Source: Actinomycetota bacterium (GTDB lineage: Bacteria; Actinomycetota; CALGFH01). Taken from it: a DNA stretch of 64,000 nucleotides. Location of the stretch: the NCBI GenBank assembly GCA_035535495.1, contig DATLQA010000029.1, positions 7,447 to 71,446 of the forward strand. Direction: 5' to 3'. Positions 56,370 to 64,000 of the stretch are shown in pieces; the stretch's first letter is position 1; each line of letters starts with the position of its first letter. The position numbers and the translations under genes are program-made. Below the pieces are notes generated by a model. That model saw only the letters and a program-made list of their open reading frames with translations, ran no database searches and was not told where the DNA came from.

Positions 56370-57149
56370 GTGCTGGTCGCCGAGGGCCTCCTCGCCAGCG
56401 GGGTGGTGGCGGCCTTCCCCGGCCGCGCCGGCGGGCAGAGCCAGCCCCCGTTCGACACCTGCAACCTCGGCCTGCGCGTCGGCGACGACCTGCGGACGGC
56501 GCTCGCCAACCGGCGCCGGGTGGCGACCGTGCTCGGCCTGGCCGGGCTGCCGTGGGTGACCATCCGCCAGGTCCACGGCAGCACCGTCGTCCGGGTCGAG
56601 CGGGCCGAGCTGGCCGGCGGCCCGCCGGAGGCGAAGCCCCCGCTCGCCGAGGCGGACGCGCTGGTCACCGGCGACGAGGGCGTCGTCCTGGTGGTGCTGG
56701 TGGCCGACTGCGTGCCGGTGCTGCTGGCCGACCCGGAACGGCGCGTCGCCGCCGCCGTCCACGCCGGCTGGCGGGGCCTTGCGGCCGGCGTGGTCGAGGC
56801 CGCGGTCGCGGCGCTCGCCGCCGCCGGCGGCCGGCCCGGCGCGGCCACCGCGCTGGTCGGACCCGCCGCCGGCGCCTGCTGCTACGAGGTGGGGGAAGAC
56901 GTCCGCGAGCGGGTCGCCGAGCGCTATCCCGCGGCCGCCGCCACCACCAGGGCCGGGCGGCCCTCCCTCGACCTCGCCGCCGGGGTCGTCGAGGCGCTCG
57001 GGCGGGCCGGCCTGGCCGCGCCGCGGGTGGCGGGGGAGTGCACCATCCACCAGCCCGAGCGCCATTTCTCCTACCGCCGCGACGGGACCACCGGCCGCCA
57101 GGCCGGCATCGTCGCTCTCGTGCCTGGGCTCGGCGCCGGACAGCCATGA
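56370..57149 (+). CDS. pgeF: Purine nucleoside phosphorylase / laccase-domain protein (YfiH/PgeF family)
   Basis: Conserved His/Cys motifs of the family are present (DCVPVLL, HAGWRG, CCYEVG). The start is uncertain (GTG at 56370). Confidence 0.8.
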   Translation: MLVAEGLLASGVVAAFPGRAGGQSQPPFDTCNLGLRVGDDLRTALANRRRVATVLGLAGLPWVTIRQVHGSTVVRVERAELAGGPPEAKPPLAEADALVTGDEGVVLVVLVADCVPVLLADPERRVAAAVHAGWRGLAAGVVEAAVAALAAAGGRPGAATALVGPAAGACCYEVGEDVRERVAERYPAAAATTRAGRPSLDLAAGVVEALGRAGLAAPRVAGECTIHQPERHFSYRRDGTTGRQAGIVALVPGLGAGQP

Positions 57150-57871
57150 GCGCCTCCGCCGCTCCGCCGCCCGGCCCACGGGTGGACGCGGCCGCGGTGG
57201 CGGAGCGGGTGACGGAGGTGCGGCGGCGCATCGCCGCGGCGGCCGAGCGCGCCGGGCGCGACCCCGCCGCCGTGACCCTGGTCGCGGTGGCCAAGCTCCA
57301 CCCGGTCGCCGCGATCCGGGCCGCCCTTGACGCCGGCGTCACCGACATCGGCGAGAACTACGCCCAGGAGCTCCAGGCCAAGGCATCGGCCCTCGAGGAG
57401 ACCGGGGTGCGCTGGCACTTCGTCGGCCGCCTGCAGCGCAACAAGGCCGGGATCGTGGTGGCGGCCAGGGCGCTGGTCCACTCGCTGACCTCCCTGCCCG
57501 CCGCCCGCGCCCTCGGCGGCCGCGCCCACGGCGCCGGCGCGGTGGTCCGCGCGCTGGTCCAGGTCGAACTGGACCAGCGGCCGGCGGCTCACGGGGTGCG
57601 CCCGGAGGACCTGGACGGGTTCGTCGCCGCTGCCCGCGCCGTCCAAGGCCTCGACCTGGCCGGGCTGATGGTGATGCCGGCCGGGGCGGCCGACCCGGAA
57701 GCGGTACGGCCGGTGTTCCGCCGCGCCGCCACGCTCGCCGGCGACCTCGGTCTCGGCGAGCTCTCCATGGGCATGACGGCCGACCTGGAAGTGGCCGTCG
57801 AGGAGGGGGCGACCCTGGTCAGAGTCGGGACCGCCATCTTCGGGCCGCGCCCGGATGACGGCGGAGGGTGA
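57146..57871 (+). CDS. yggS: YggS-family pyridoxal phosphate homeostasis protein
   Basis: ATGA overlaps pgeF. LVAVAKLHP carries the PLP-binding Lys and HFVGRLQRNK is present. Confidence 0.9.
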   Translation: MSASAAPPPGPRVDAAAVAERVTEVRRRIAAAAERAGRDPAAVTLVAVAKLHPVAAIRAALDAGVTDIGENYAQELQAKASALEETGVRWHFVGRLQRNKAGIVVAARALVHSLTSLPAARALGGRAHGAGAVVRALVQVELDQRPAAHGVRPEDLDGFVAAARAVQGLDLAGLMVMPAGAADPEAVRPVFRRAATLAGDLGLGELSMGMTADLEVAVEEGATLVRVGTAIFGPRPDDGGG

Positions 57872-58108
57872 CGGGTAGGAGAAAGGGGTGAGCGCGCAGA
57901 GACCGGGGTGATCGGGCGGGAACTTGCCATGCCCGGGGCGGATCCATGGTTTGCTGGAGCGCCAGCCGGGCAGGGCCGGAGCCGGCGGGTACGCTGTGGA
58001 GCCGCCCGGCGGGCAGCCTGGCCGGGCCAGGAGCTGGCCGGGCTCGCCGCGGTTCGGACCGGCGCCGTCGGCGACGTAGGATGCTAGAGCGAGGGGGAGG
58101 TGAGGTGC

Positions 58109-58603
58109 ATGGCCGGGGCGTTCAGGAAGAGCCTGGTGTGGCTGGGCCTGGTGGAGCCCGACGACGAGGAGGAACTGACCGACATGGTCGAGCCGACGAC
58201 GCGGACGCCCCACGGCTCGGCATCGCTGCGCCGCGTGCGCGAGGACCCGGCGGAGGCGCGAAGGCGCGACTCCCGCCTGGACGAGCCACCCGAGGCGGTG
58301 ATCCGGCCAATTCCCACCGCCGCCGCCGGCAAGGTGCACATTATCGAGCCCGCGGGGTTCAATGACGCCGAGGAGATCGGAGAAAAGTTCAAGGCGGACA
58401 TCCCAGTAATTGTGAATCTACAGGCCATGGAGGCAGATACAGCCAAACGATTGATCGATTTCGCCGCCGGCCTCACCTTCGGACTCGACGGCCGCATCCA
58501 GCGCGTGGCGGACAAGGTCTTCCTGCTCACGCCTGCCAACGTCGACGTGTCCGCGGAAGAGCGTCGCCGCCTGCAGGAACGTGGCTTCTTCAACCAGGCT
58601 TGA
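58109..58603 (+). CDS. sepF: Cell division protein SepF
   Basis: GGGGGAGGTGAGG precedes the ATG. The conserved C-terminal SepF domain is present (IPVIVNL...DFAAGLTFGL). Confidence 0.9.
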   Translation: MAGAFRKSLVWLGLVEPDDEEELTDMVEPTTRTPHGSASLRRVREDPAEARRRDSRLDEPPEAVIRPIPTAAAGKVHIIEPAGFNDAEEIGEKFKADIPVIVNLQAMEADTAKRLIDFAAGLTFGLDGRIQRVADKVFLLTPANVDVSAEERRRLQERGFFNQA

Positions 58604-58633
58604 CCCTCACCGTCCGGGGTTCCCATCATTCCT

Positions 58634-58906
58634 GTGCTGCTGACAATCATCTCGCTGCTGCTGACGCTGTACTGGCTTGTCCTCCTCGGCCGGATCGTGT
58701 TCGATTTCATCATCGGGCTCACCGGCGGGCGGGGGCTCCAGGGTATGGCGATCCTGTACGGAATCCTGTATGACCTGACCGAACCTGTCCTCCGACCGAT
58801 CCGGCGACTTCTTCCCCCGCTGCGAGTCGGTGCAGTCGCCCTCGACCTGTCCCCTCTGCTTGTCTTCGTACTGATCGCCTTGCTGCAACGGGTGGTGAGT
58901 AGGTAG
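58634..58906 (+). CDS. yggT: YggT family membrane protein
   Basis: The start is GTG. The 90-aa product has two TM helices, in the conserved position. Confidence 0.8.
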   Translation: MLLTIISLLLTLYWLVLLGRIVFDFIIGLTGGRGLQGMAILYGILYDLTEPVLRPIRRLLPPLRVGAVALDLSPLLVFVLIALLQRVVSR

Positions 58907-58978
58907 CGGTAGGCCGATGACGACGATCGAGCGGTGCTCGGTTAGAATGACCGATCACCTGCAGGTAAGGAGCAACAG

Positions 58979-59932
58979 ATGCCGCCACTGACGCCGCTGG
59001 ACATCCAACATAAGGAGTTCACCAAAGCCATGCGTGGCTACGCCATGCATGAGGTGGACACCTTCCTGGACCAGGTGACCGAGGAGTTCACCCGGCTTCA
59101 GGACGAGGTCACCAGGCTGCGGGAGCAGTCGGCCCCTGGCCAGCAGGGTGGCGTGCCGGCGCAGGCGGCGGCCCCGCCACCCCCACCGGCCGCGGCGCCC
59201 GCTCCACAGCAGGCCGCGGCGCCGCCCAGCGATCCGCGTGCCGGTGAGGAGGCGATCGCCCGCGCGCTGGTGATGGCGCAGCGCATGGCCGACCAGACGG
59301 TCGAGGAGGCCAAGGTCAAGGCCAAGGCGATGGTCAGCGAGGCCGAGGCCCGTGCCAAGACCGTCACCGAGCAGTCCCAGATCCGCGCCCGCGAGGTCAC
59401 CGAGGCCGCTCAGATGCGCGCCCGCGAGGTCACGGAGTCGGCGCAGCTGCGTGCCCGCGAGGTCACCGAGACGGCGCAGGCCAGGGCGCGCGAGCTCACC
59501 GAGGGCCTGGAGACCCGCTACAAGGAGCGCATCCAGTCCGCCGAGGCGCGCGCGCGCGTCGCGGAGGAGCAGGCCCGCATGCAGATCGCCCCGGCCACCG
59601 AGCAGGGGGCGCGGCGCCGCCAGGAGCTGGAGAGCTCCATCGAGGCGCTGCGTGCCTTCGAGCGTGACTACCGCGCCCGGCTCCGCGGCTTCGTCGAGGG
59701 CCAGCTCAAGGCGTTGGAGGACGCGGCACCGGCCGGTCCGGTCGCGCCGCCGAACCCGCCGCCGGGCATGACCGGGAACAACTCCCGCCCGCTTCCTGGT
59801 AGCGAGGACCTGCCGGCCCTGCCGACCGGCGCCCGCCAGGTCAACAACTCCTACCCGCTGCGCGAAGGCGCCGGCGACCAGCTCGGCCACAACGGCCGCG
59901 ACCGGGTCGAGCGGCTCCGCCACGACGACTGA
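58979..59932 (+). CDS. divIVA: DivIVA domain protein (Wag31-like)
   Basis: The N-terminal DivIVA motif is LTPLDIQHKEFTKAMRGY. A coiled coil with (S/T)EQSQIRAREVTE repeats follows. The RBS is TAAGGAG. Confidence 0.9.
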   Translation: MPPLTPLDIQHKEFTKAMRGYAMHEVDTFLDQVTEEFTRLQDEVTRLREQSAPGQQGGVPAQAAAPPPPPAAAPAPQQAAAPPSDPRAGEEAIARALVMAQRMADQTVEEAKVKAKAMVSEAEARAKTVTEQSQIRAREVTEAAQMRAREVTESAQLRAREVTETAQARARELTEGLETRYKERIQSAEARARVAEEQARMQIAPATEQGARRRQELESSIEALRAFERDYRARLRGFVEGQLKALEDAAPAGPVAPPNPPPGMTGNNSRPLPGSEDLPALPTGARQVNNSYPLREGAGDQLGHNGRDRVERLRHDD

Positions 59933-59974
59933 CTGACCCGGAGCTTGGCGCGCCACGCCACGCGGTGACCGGCG

Positions 59975-60421
59975 CTACCGTGCCGCTGCGCGCATGCGGG
60001 CCGGACGGTCGGCCCGCATGACCACGAAGCGCAGGGCCTGCCAGGACTCGTCGATCGCGCACGACTTGTTGTCCACCAGCCCGGCCTCGAGGCCGACCTG
60101 CTGCACGCCGGCGAAGTCCAGGTCGGTGGCCATCCCGGAGCGCTGCTTCGGCCATGCCACCCAGAGCCCGCCGTCGGGCACCATGGCGCGTTCCGCCGCG
60201 CCGAAGCGCGCGACCAGCCGGGAGCGCTCCGTCACGAACAGCACGATCACGTCGAGCGCGCCCCGCGCCTGCCGGCGCACCTCGACGCCGTCGGGCAGAG
60301 CGCCGAGGCGCTCCGAGAACACCTCCGGCGCATCCAGGAACGCCACCACCGCGCCCGCCCCGATGCCGAGCTTGCGGTGGAGCGGCGTCCCCGAGTAGTC
60401 CCGCTCAGCTCGCGCCGGCAC
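59975..60421 (-). CDS. DUF3052-like conserved hypothetical protein
   Basis: The ORF is 148 aa and carries a YSGTPL motif. The family assignment is from memory and not verified. Confidence 0.55.
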   Translation of the reverse strand: MPARAERDYSGTPLHRKLGIGAGAVVAFLDAPEVFSERLGALPDGVEVRRQARGALDVIVLFVTERSRLVARFGAAERAMVPDGGLWVAWPKQRSGMATDLDFAGVQQVGLEAGLVDNKSCAIDESWQALRFVVMRADRPARMRAAAR

Positions 60422-60848
60422 CCGAGCCTCCAGCCTCGCCGGGGAGCCGCTCGCTCACCGCGGCGAGTTCCTCCAGCCCGGCCAGCAATGCCTCCCTGGT
60501 CGCGTCGGGGAGCGCCGCCAGGGCGTGGGCGAGCCGGTCGGGCGCCAGCATGGTGTCGGCCGCGAGCGTGTCCTGGCCCTTCTCGGTCAACGCGATGCGC
60601 AGCCGCCGCTCGTCGGTCTGGTCCCGCGCGCGGGACAGCAGACCCTTGCCGGCCAGGGCCTTGACCAGGACCGAGGTGGTGCTCTTGGGCAGGCCCAGGT
60701 GTCCGGCCAGGCCGGTCAGCGAGATGGCGCCGTCCATCGGCACCTGGCGGAGGACCTGGAAGGCGTGGCCGCCCAGCCCGGGCTCGGCCGGGCGGTGCAG
60801 GACCCGCCAGATGCGCCGGTAGGCCATCTCGAACCGGTCAGCGTCCAT
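60405..60848 (-). CDS. MarR family transcriptional regulator
   Basis: The winged HTH is ISLTGLAGHLGLPKSTTSVLVKALAGKGLLSRARDQTDERRLRIALTEKG. It overlaps the downstream gene start by 17 nt. Confidence 0.8.
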   Translation of the reverse strand: MDADRFEMAYRRIWRVLHRPAEPGLGGHAFQVLRQVPMDGAISLTGLAGHLGLPKSTTSVLVKALAGKGLLSRARDQTDERRLRIALTEKGQDTLAADTMLAPDRLAHALAALPDATREALLAGLEELAAVSERLPGEAGGSGAGAS

Positions 60849-60917
60849 AATCGTTCGAGCCTTGGTTGGTTCGGCCGCGTTGGAGTATCCACGTTCGCAC
60901 AGCCTGCATTTGGCGAT

Positions 60918-61037
60918 GACTGCCCCGCAGGCAGGTCCGGACGAACGGTTCCGGTGGCGCTCGCTCGGTTGGCTCGCGTGGCGCCGCGGGTCGCGTGCGG
61001 CGACTGCCCCGCAGGCAGGTCCGGACGAACGGTTCCG
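60918..61037. repeat. Two perfect 36-bp direct repeats (GACTGCCCCGCAGGCAGGTCCGGACGAACGGTTCCG) separated by 48 nt
   Basis: The copies are at ~60918-60953 and ~61002-61037. The second ends 2 nt before the stop codon of the DUF4157 gene. Each contains the sub-hairpin CCGGA-N8-TCCGG. Confidence 0.6.
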
Positions 61038-61039
61038 CA

Positions 61040-61516
61040 TCACGTCGTTCCCCGGAGGTCACCCGCGGACGGCGGGGCCTCCTCCGACCGGGCGGGCCCA
61101 CCGCGAGCCAGCCGGGCCAGGGCCTCGACGGCACGGCGTTCGGCCTGGTGCTCGAACGGGTTGCGGCGGTACCCGGTCAGGCTGGTCAGCAGGTACACGG
61201 GATAGAACAGCGGGCCCCAGCGCTCGTGCTGGGTGACGTGGCCGAGCTCGTGCGCCAGGATGTGGTCGTCCACCGGCTCGGTGGTCACGATCACGTGGCC
61301 GAGGGTGATCGCCTTGAAGCCCCGGACCCGCAGCACCCAGGCCAGCCCGGTGCGGCCGCCCTCGACCAGCAGCACGCCTCGCCACCGGACCGGCCGGGTC
61401 CAGGCCGAGAGCGCCCCGACCAACCCCACCAGGCTGTTCAGGGAGGCCCAGGCATAGCCCCACCGGGGCCGCGCGTGCGGCAGGACCGCCCCGAGCCCGT
61501 CCTCACGTCGGTGCAT
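61040..61516 (-). CDS. DUF4157-type HExxH domain protein (putative zinc metallopeptidase)
   Basis: AITLGHVIV...ILAHELGHVTQHERW matches the DUF4157 pattern. The probable start is MHRRED (ATG at 61516), which avoids overlap with ileS. Confidence 0.6.
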   Translation of the reverse strand: MHRREDGLGAVLPHARPRWGYAWASLNSLVGLVGALSAWTRPVRWRGVLLVEGGRTGLAWVLRVRGFKAITLGHVIVTTEPVDDHILAHELGHVTQHERWGPLFYPVYLLTSLTGYRRNPFEHQAERRAVEALARLARGGPARSEEAPPSAGDLRGTT

Positions 61517-61548
61517 CACCCTCGCCCGCCCTTCTCCCGTCCGGCCCG

Positions 61549-64000
61549 CTAGCTCCGCGGCGCCGGGCGCAGCCACAGACGAACCTCCTGCCCGTCCACC
61601 TCCACCCGCGCGTCGTGGCCGTCTCCCTGGGGGGCGCGGTGCAGCGCGGTGGCCAGCGTCTCGCCGAGCAGGTAGTCGCGGTGGGCCGCGACCGCCTCGG
61701 CGAGGGCGCCCTCCGCCTTGACCGCCAGCTCGATGCGGTCGTCCACCGCCAGGTCGGCCGCCCTGCGCAGGTCCTGCACGGCACGGACCAGCTCACGGGC
61801 GAGGCCCTCGCGGCGCAGCTCCGGCGTGACCTCGAGATCCAGGGCGACGCTGACCGGGCCCTCGCGGACCACGCGCCAGCCGGTCACCGGCTCCTCGACC
61901 ACGCCGACCTCGTCAGGCCCCAGCTCGACCGGGCCGACCCCGGCCACCTCGACGGTGACCCGGTCGCCGGCGGCCAGCCGGGGGGCGAGCGCGGCGGCGT
62001 CGGCGTCGCGGACCGCGGCCGCCACGGGCTGCGCCTGCCTGCCGAAGCGGGGGCCGAGGGCGCGGAAGTTGGGCACCAGCCGGAAGGCGACCAGCCCGGC
62101 CTCGCCCTCGGCCATGGCCACCTGCTTGACGTTGAGCTCGCCGGCGACCAGGTCGAGCAGCGGCTCGACCGCGTGCCGCCGCCGCGGGTCGACCGTGACC
62201 AGGGCCCTGGCAAGCGGCTGGCGGACCTTCACCTTGGCCTCGGTGCGGGCCTGGCGGCCCAGGCCGACCAGGCGGCGCACCTCCGCCATCGCGGCGAGCA
62301 GCTCGGCGTCGCCGGCCGCCGGCTCGTCCCGCGGCCAGCTCGCCAGGTGCACGGAGTCCGGCGCTGCGACGTCCGGCTCGACCCGGGCGTCGGACGCCAC
62401 CACCAGCCCCTGCCACAGCTCCTCGGCGACGAACGGGGCGTACGGCGCCAGCAGCAGCGAGAGGGTCGACAGGCAGTGCCACAGGGTCTGGAACGCCGCC
62501 TGCCCGCCCTCGCCACCGCCGCGCCAGAAGCGCCGGCGGGAGAGGCGCACGTACCAGTTGGACAGGTCGTCGACGAACGCGGTCAGCCGGCGGGCGCCGC
62601 CGGTGGCGTCGTAGTCGTCGAGGTCGGCGGTGACCCCCTTGACGGTCTCGGCCAGCCGCGCCAGCACCCAGCGGTCGAGCCGCTCGGCCGCGCCGCCGGC
62701 GGTGCCGCCGGCCTCGACGGTGGACGGCGTGAACCCGCGCTCGAGGCGCGCGTACAGGGTGAAGAAGGCGTAGGTGTTCCACAGCGTCAGGAAGAACGAC
62801 CTGGTGACCTCTTCGAGCGCCTTCGGGCCGAGCCGCCTGGCGACCCACGGCGACCCGCCGGCCAGCATGAACCAGCGCAGCGGGTCGGCACCGTAGGTGT
62901 CGAGCAGCTCGAACGGGTCGAGCACGTTGCCCAGGCTCTTGGACATCTTGCGCCCGTCGGCGTCCACAATGTGGCCGAGGCAGACCACGTTGCGGTACGG
63001 CGTCCGGTCGAACAGCATCACCGACACCGCCAGCAGGGAGTAGAACCACCCCCTGGTCTGGTCGATCGCCTCGGAGATGAAGTCGGCCGGGAACGCCCGC
63101 GCGAAGGCCTCCCTGCCGTCCGGCTCGTGCGGGTGGCCCCACTGCGCGAACGGCATCGAGCCCGAGTCGAACCAGGCGTCGAGCACGTCGGGCACGCGGC
63201 GGGCCGGCTGGCCGCACTCCGGGCAGGCGAAGGTGACCTCGTCGACGAACGGGCGGTGCGGGTCAAGGCCGGACAGCTCCCGTTCGGCCCTGGCGGACAG
63301 GTCGGCCAGGCTCTCCACCGCGGTCACGTGACCGTTCTCACAGCGCCACAGCGGCAGCGGCGTCCCCCAGTAGCGTGCCCGGGACAGCGCCCAGTCGACG
63401 TTGTGGGCGAGCCAGTCGCCGAAGCGCCCGTCGCGGATGTGCTCCGGCCGCCAGCCGACGGTGGCGTTCTCCGCCAGCATGCGGTCCTTCACCGCCGTGG
63501 TGCGCGCGTACCAGGAGGTGAGCGCGTAGTAGAGCAGCGGCGTCTTGCAGCGCCAGCAGTGCGGGTAGTCGTGCCGCACGGTCTCGTCGCGCCACAGCGT
63601 CCCCGCCGCTCTGAGCAGCTCCACCAGCACCGGGTCGGCCGCCTTGACGTGCATGCCGCCGACCTCTTCGACCGTCTCGGTGAAGCGGCCCTCGCGGTCG
63701 ACCGGGTGCAGCACGGGCAGGCCCTCGCGCCGGCCGATCTCCATGTCCTCAGCGCCGTAGGCAGGGGCCATGTGCACCAGGCCGGTGCCGTCGGTGGTGG
63801 TGACGTAGTCGGCCGGGACCACCCGCCAGCCGCGCGCGGCCTCCTCCGGCGCCACCGGGACCAGCTCGAACGGCCGCTGGTAGGTGGTGCCGATCAGCTC
63901 GCCGGCCGGCACCTGCCTGAGCACCTTGGCGTGCTCGCCGACCGCGCCGGCGACCAGGTCGCGCGCGAGCACCAGGCGGTAGGTGCCGCCGCCCGGCCCG
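61549..64000 (-). CDS. ileS: Isoleucine--tRNA ligase (C-terminal ~815 aa; 5' end beyond window)
   Basis: The KMSKS motif is present. The CP1/editing and anticodon-binding regions are recognisable and a zinc-binding CxxC pair sits near the C-terminus. The ORF is open to the window edge. Confidence 0.95.
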   Translation of the reverse strand, partial: GPGGGTYRLVLARDLVAGAVGEHAKVLRQVPAGELIGTTYQRPFELVPVAPEEAARGWRVVPADYVTTTDGTGLVHMAPAYGAEDMEIGRREGLPVLHPVDREGRFTETVEEVGGMHVKAADPVLVELLRAAGTLWRDETVRHDYPHCWRCKTPLLYYALTSWYARTTAVKDRMLAENATVGWRPEHIRDGRFGDWLAHNVDWALSRARYWGTPLPLWRCENGHVTAVESLADLSARAERELSGLDPHRPFVDEVTFACPECGQPARRVPDVLDAWFDSGSMPFAQWGHPHEPDGREAFARAFPADFISEAIDQTRGWFYSLLAVSVMLFDRTPYRNVVCLGHIVDADGRKMSKSLGNVLDPFELLDTYGADPLRWFMLAGGSPWVARRLGPKALEEVTRSFFLTLWNTYAFFTLYARLERGFTPSTVEAGGTAGGAAERLDRWVLARLAETVKGVTADLDDYDATGGARRLTAFVDDLSNWYVRLSRRRFWRGGGEGGQAAFQTLWHCLSTLSLLLAPYAPFVAEELWQGLVVASDARVEPDVAAPDSVHLASWPRDEPAAGDAELLAAMAEVRRLVGLGRQARTEAKVKVRQPLARALVTVDPRRRHAVEPLLDLVAGELNVKQVAMAEGEAGLVAFRLVPNFRALGPRFGRQAQPVAAAVRDADAAALAPRLAAGDRVTVEVAGVGPVELGPDEVGVVEEPVTGWRVVREGPVSVALDLEVTPELRREGLARELVRAVQDLRRAADLAVDDRIELAVKAEGALAEAVAAHRDYLLGETLATALHRAPQGDGHDARVEVDGQEVRLWLRPAPRS

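Noticed and set aside
57946-58365. 139-aa ORF spanning the yggS-sepF intergenic region
   Set aside because: It is in a different frame from sepF, Arg/Gly-rich and overlaps the well-defined sepF start. It is likely noncoding.
60849-60917. Possible tRNA between marR and the DUF4157 gene (GTTCGAG-like stretch)
   Set aside because: It has no cloverleaf, no GGTTCGAATCC-type T-arm with a matching acceptor stem, and no CCA context.
60849-61039. Mini-CRISPR array (two 36-bp repeats and one spacer)
   Set aside because: There are only two repeat units and a 48-nt spacer. No cas genes are present anywhere in the window. The location is a marR promoter region, so operator sites or a local duplication are more parsimonious. 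This is kept as a finding but not called CRISPR.

Overview
This is a high-GC (~72%) actinobacterial chromosomal segment with no rRNA, tRNA, CRISPR array or IS element. The right half (38.9-59.9 kb) is a complete, syntenic division/cell-wall (dcw) cluster: mraZ-rsmH-ftsL-ftsI-murE-murF-mraY-murD-ftsW-murG-murC-murB-ftsQ-ftsZ-pgeF-yggS-sepF-yggT-divIVA, followed by a convergent ileS. The left half is a mix of housekeeping and accessory-looking genes. These are a class III adenylyl cyclase-NB-ARC-TPR signalling protein, nfo, a PASTA Ser/Thr kinase, dxs, and a TetR-controlled ABC exporter with two ATPase genes. Further along are a MoxR-DUF58-transglutaminase triad, an orphan GAF-PAS histidine kinase, dinB, an HNH endonuclease and a metallophosphoesterase. 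The most unusual locus is at 20.9-25.2 kb. An MBL-fold hydrolase is followed by a ~1060-aa Upf1-like (AAA_11/AAA_12) helicase fused to a PLD-like domain and a Cys4 zinc ribbon, the same layout as single-gene Mokosh type II defence proteins. Both its catalytic sites are ablated: Walker A reads GTDAA instead of GKT, and the HKD motif reads AxR. Structured non-coding signal includes a family of ~50-nt G-rich GC-palindromic hairpin elements placed just upstream of the mraY, ftsW and metallophosphoesterase start codons and partly embedded in the murF and murD 3' ends. There are also strong hairpins in the ftsL-ftsI and ftsI-murE spacers, and two perfect 36-bp direct repeats upstream of a marR gene. 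Any coordinate not derived by codon arithmetic from the ORF track may be off by 1-2 nt.
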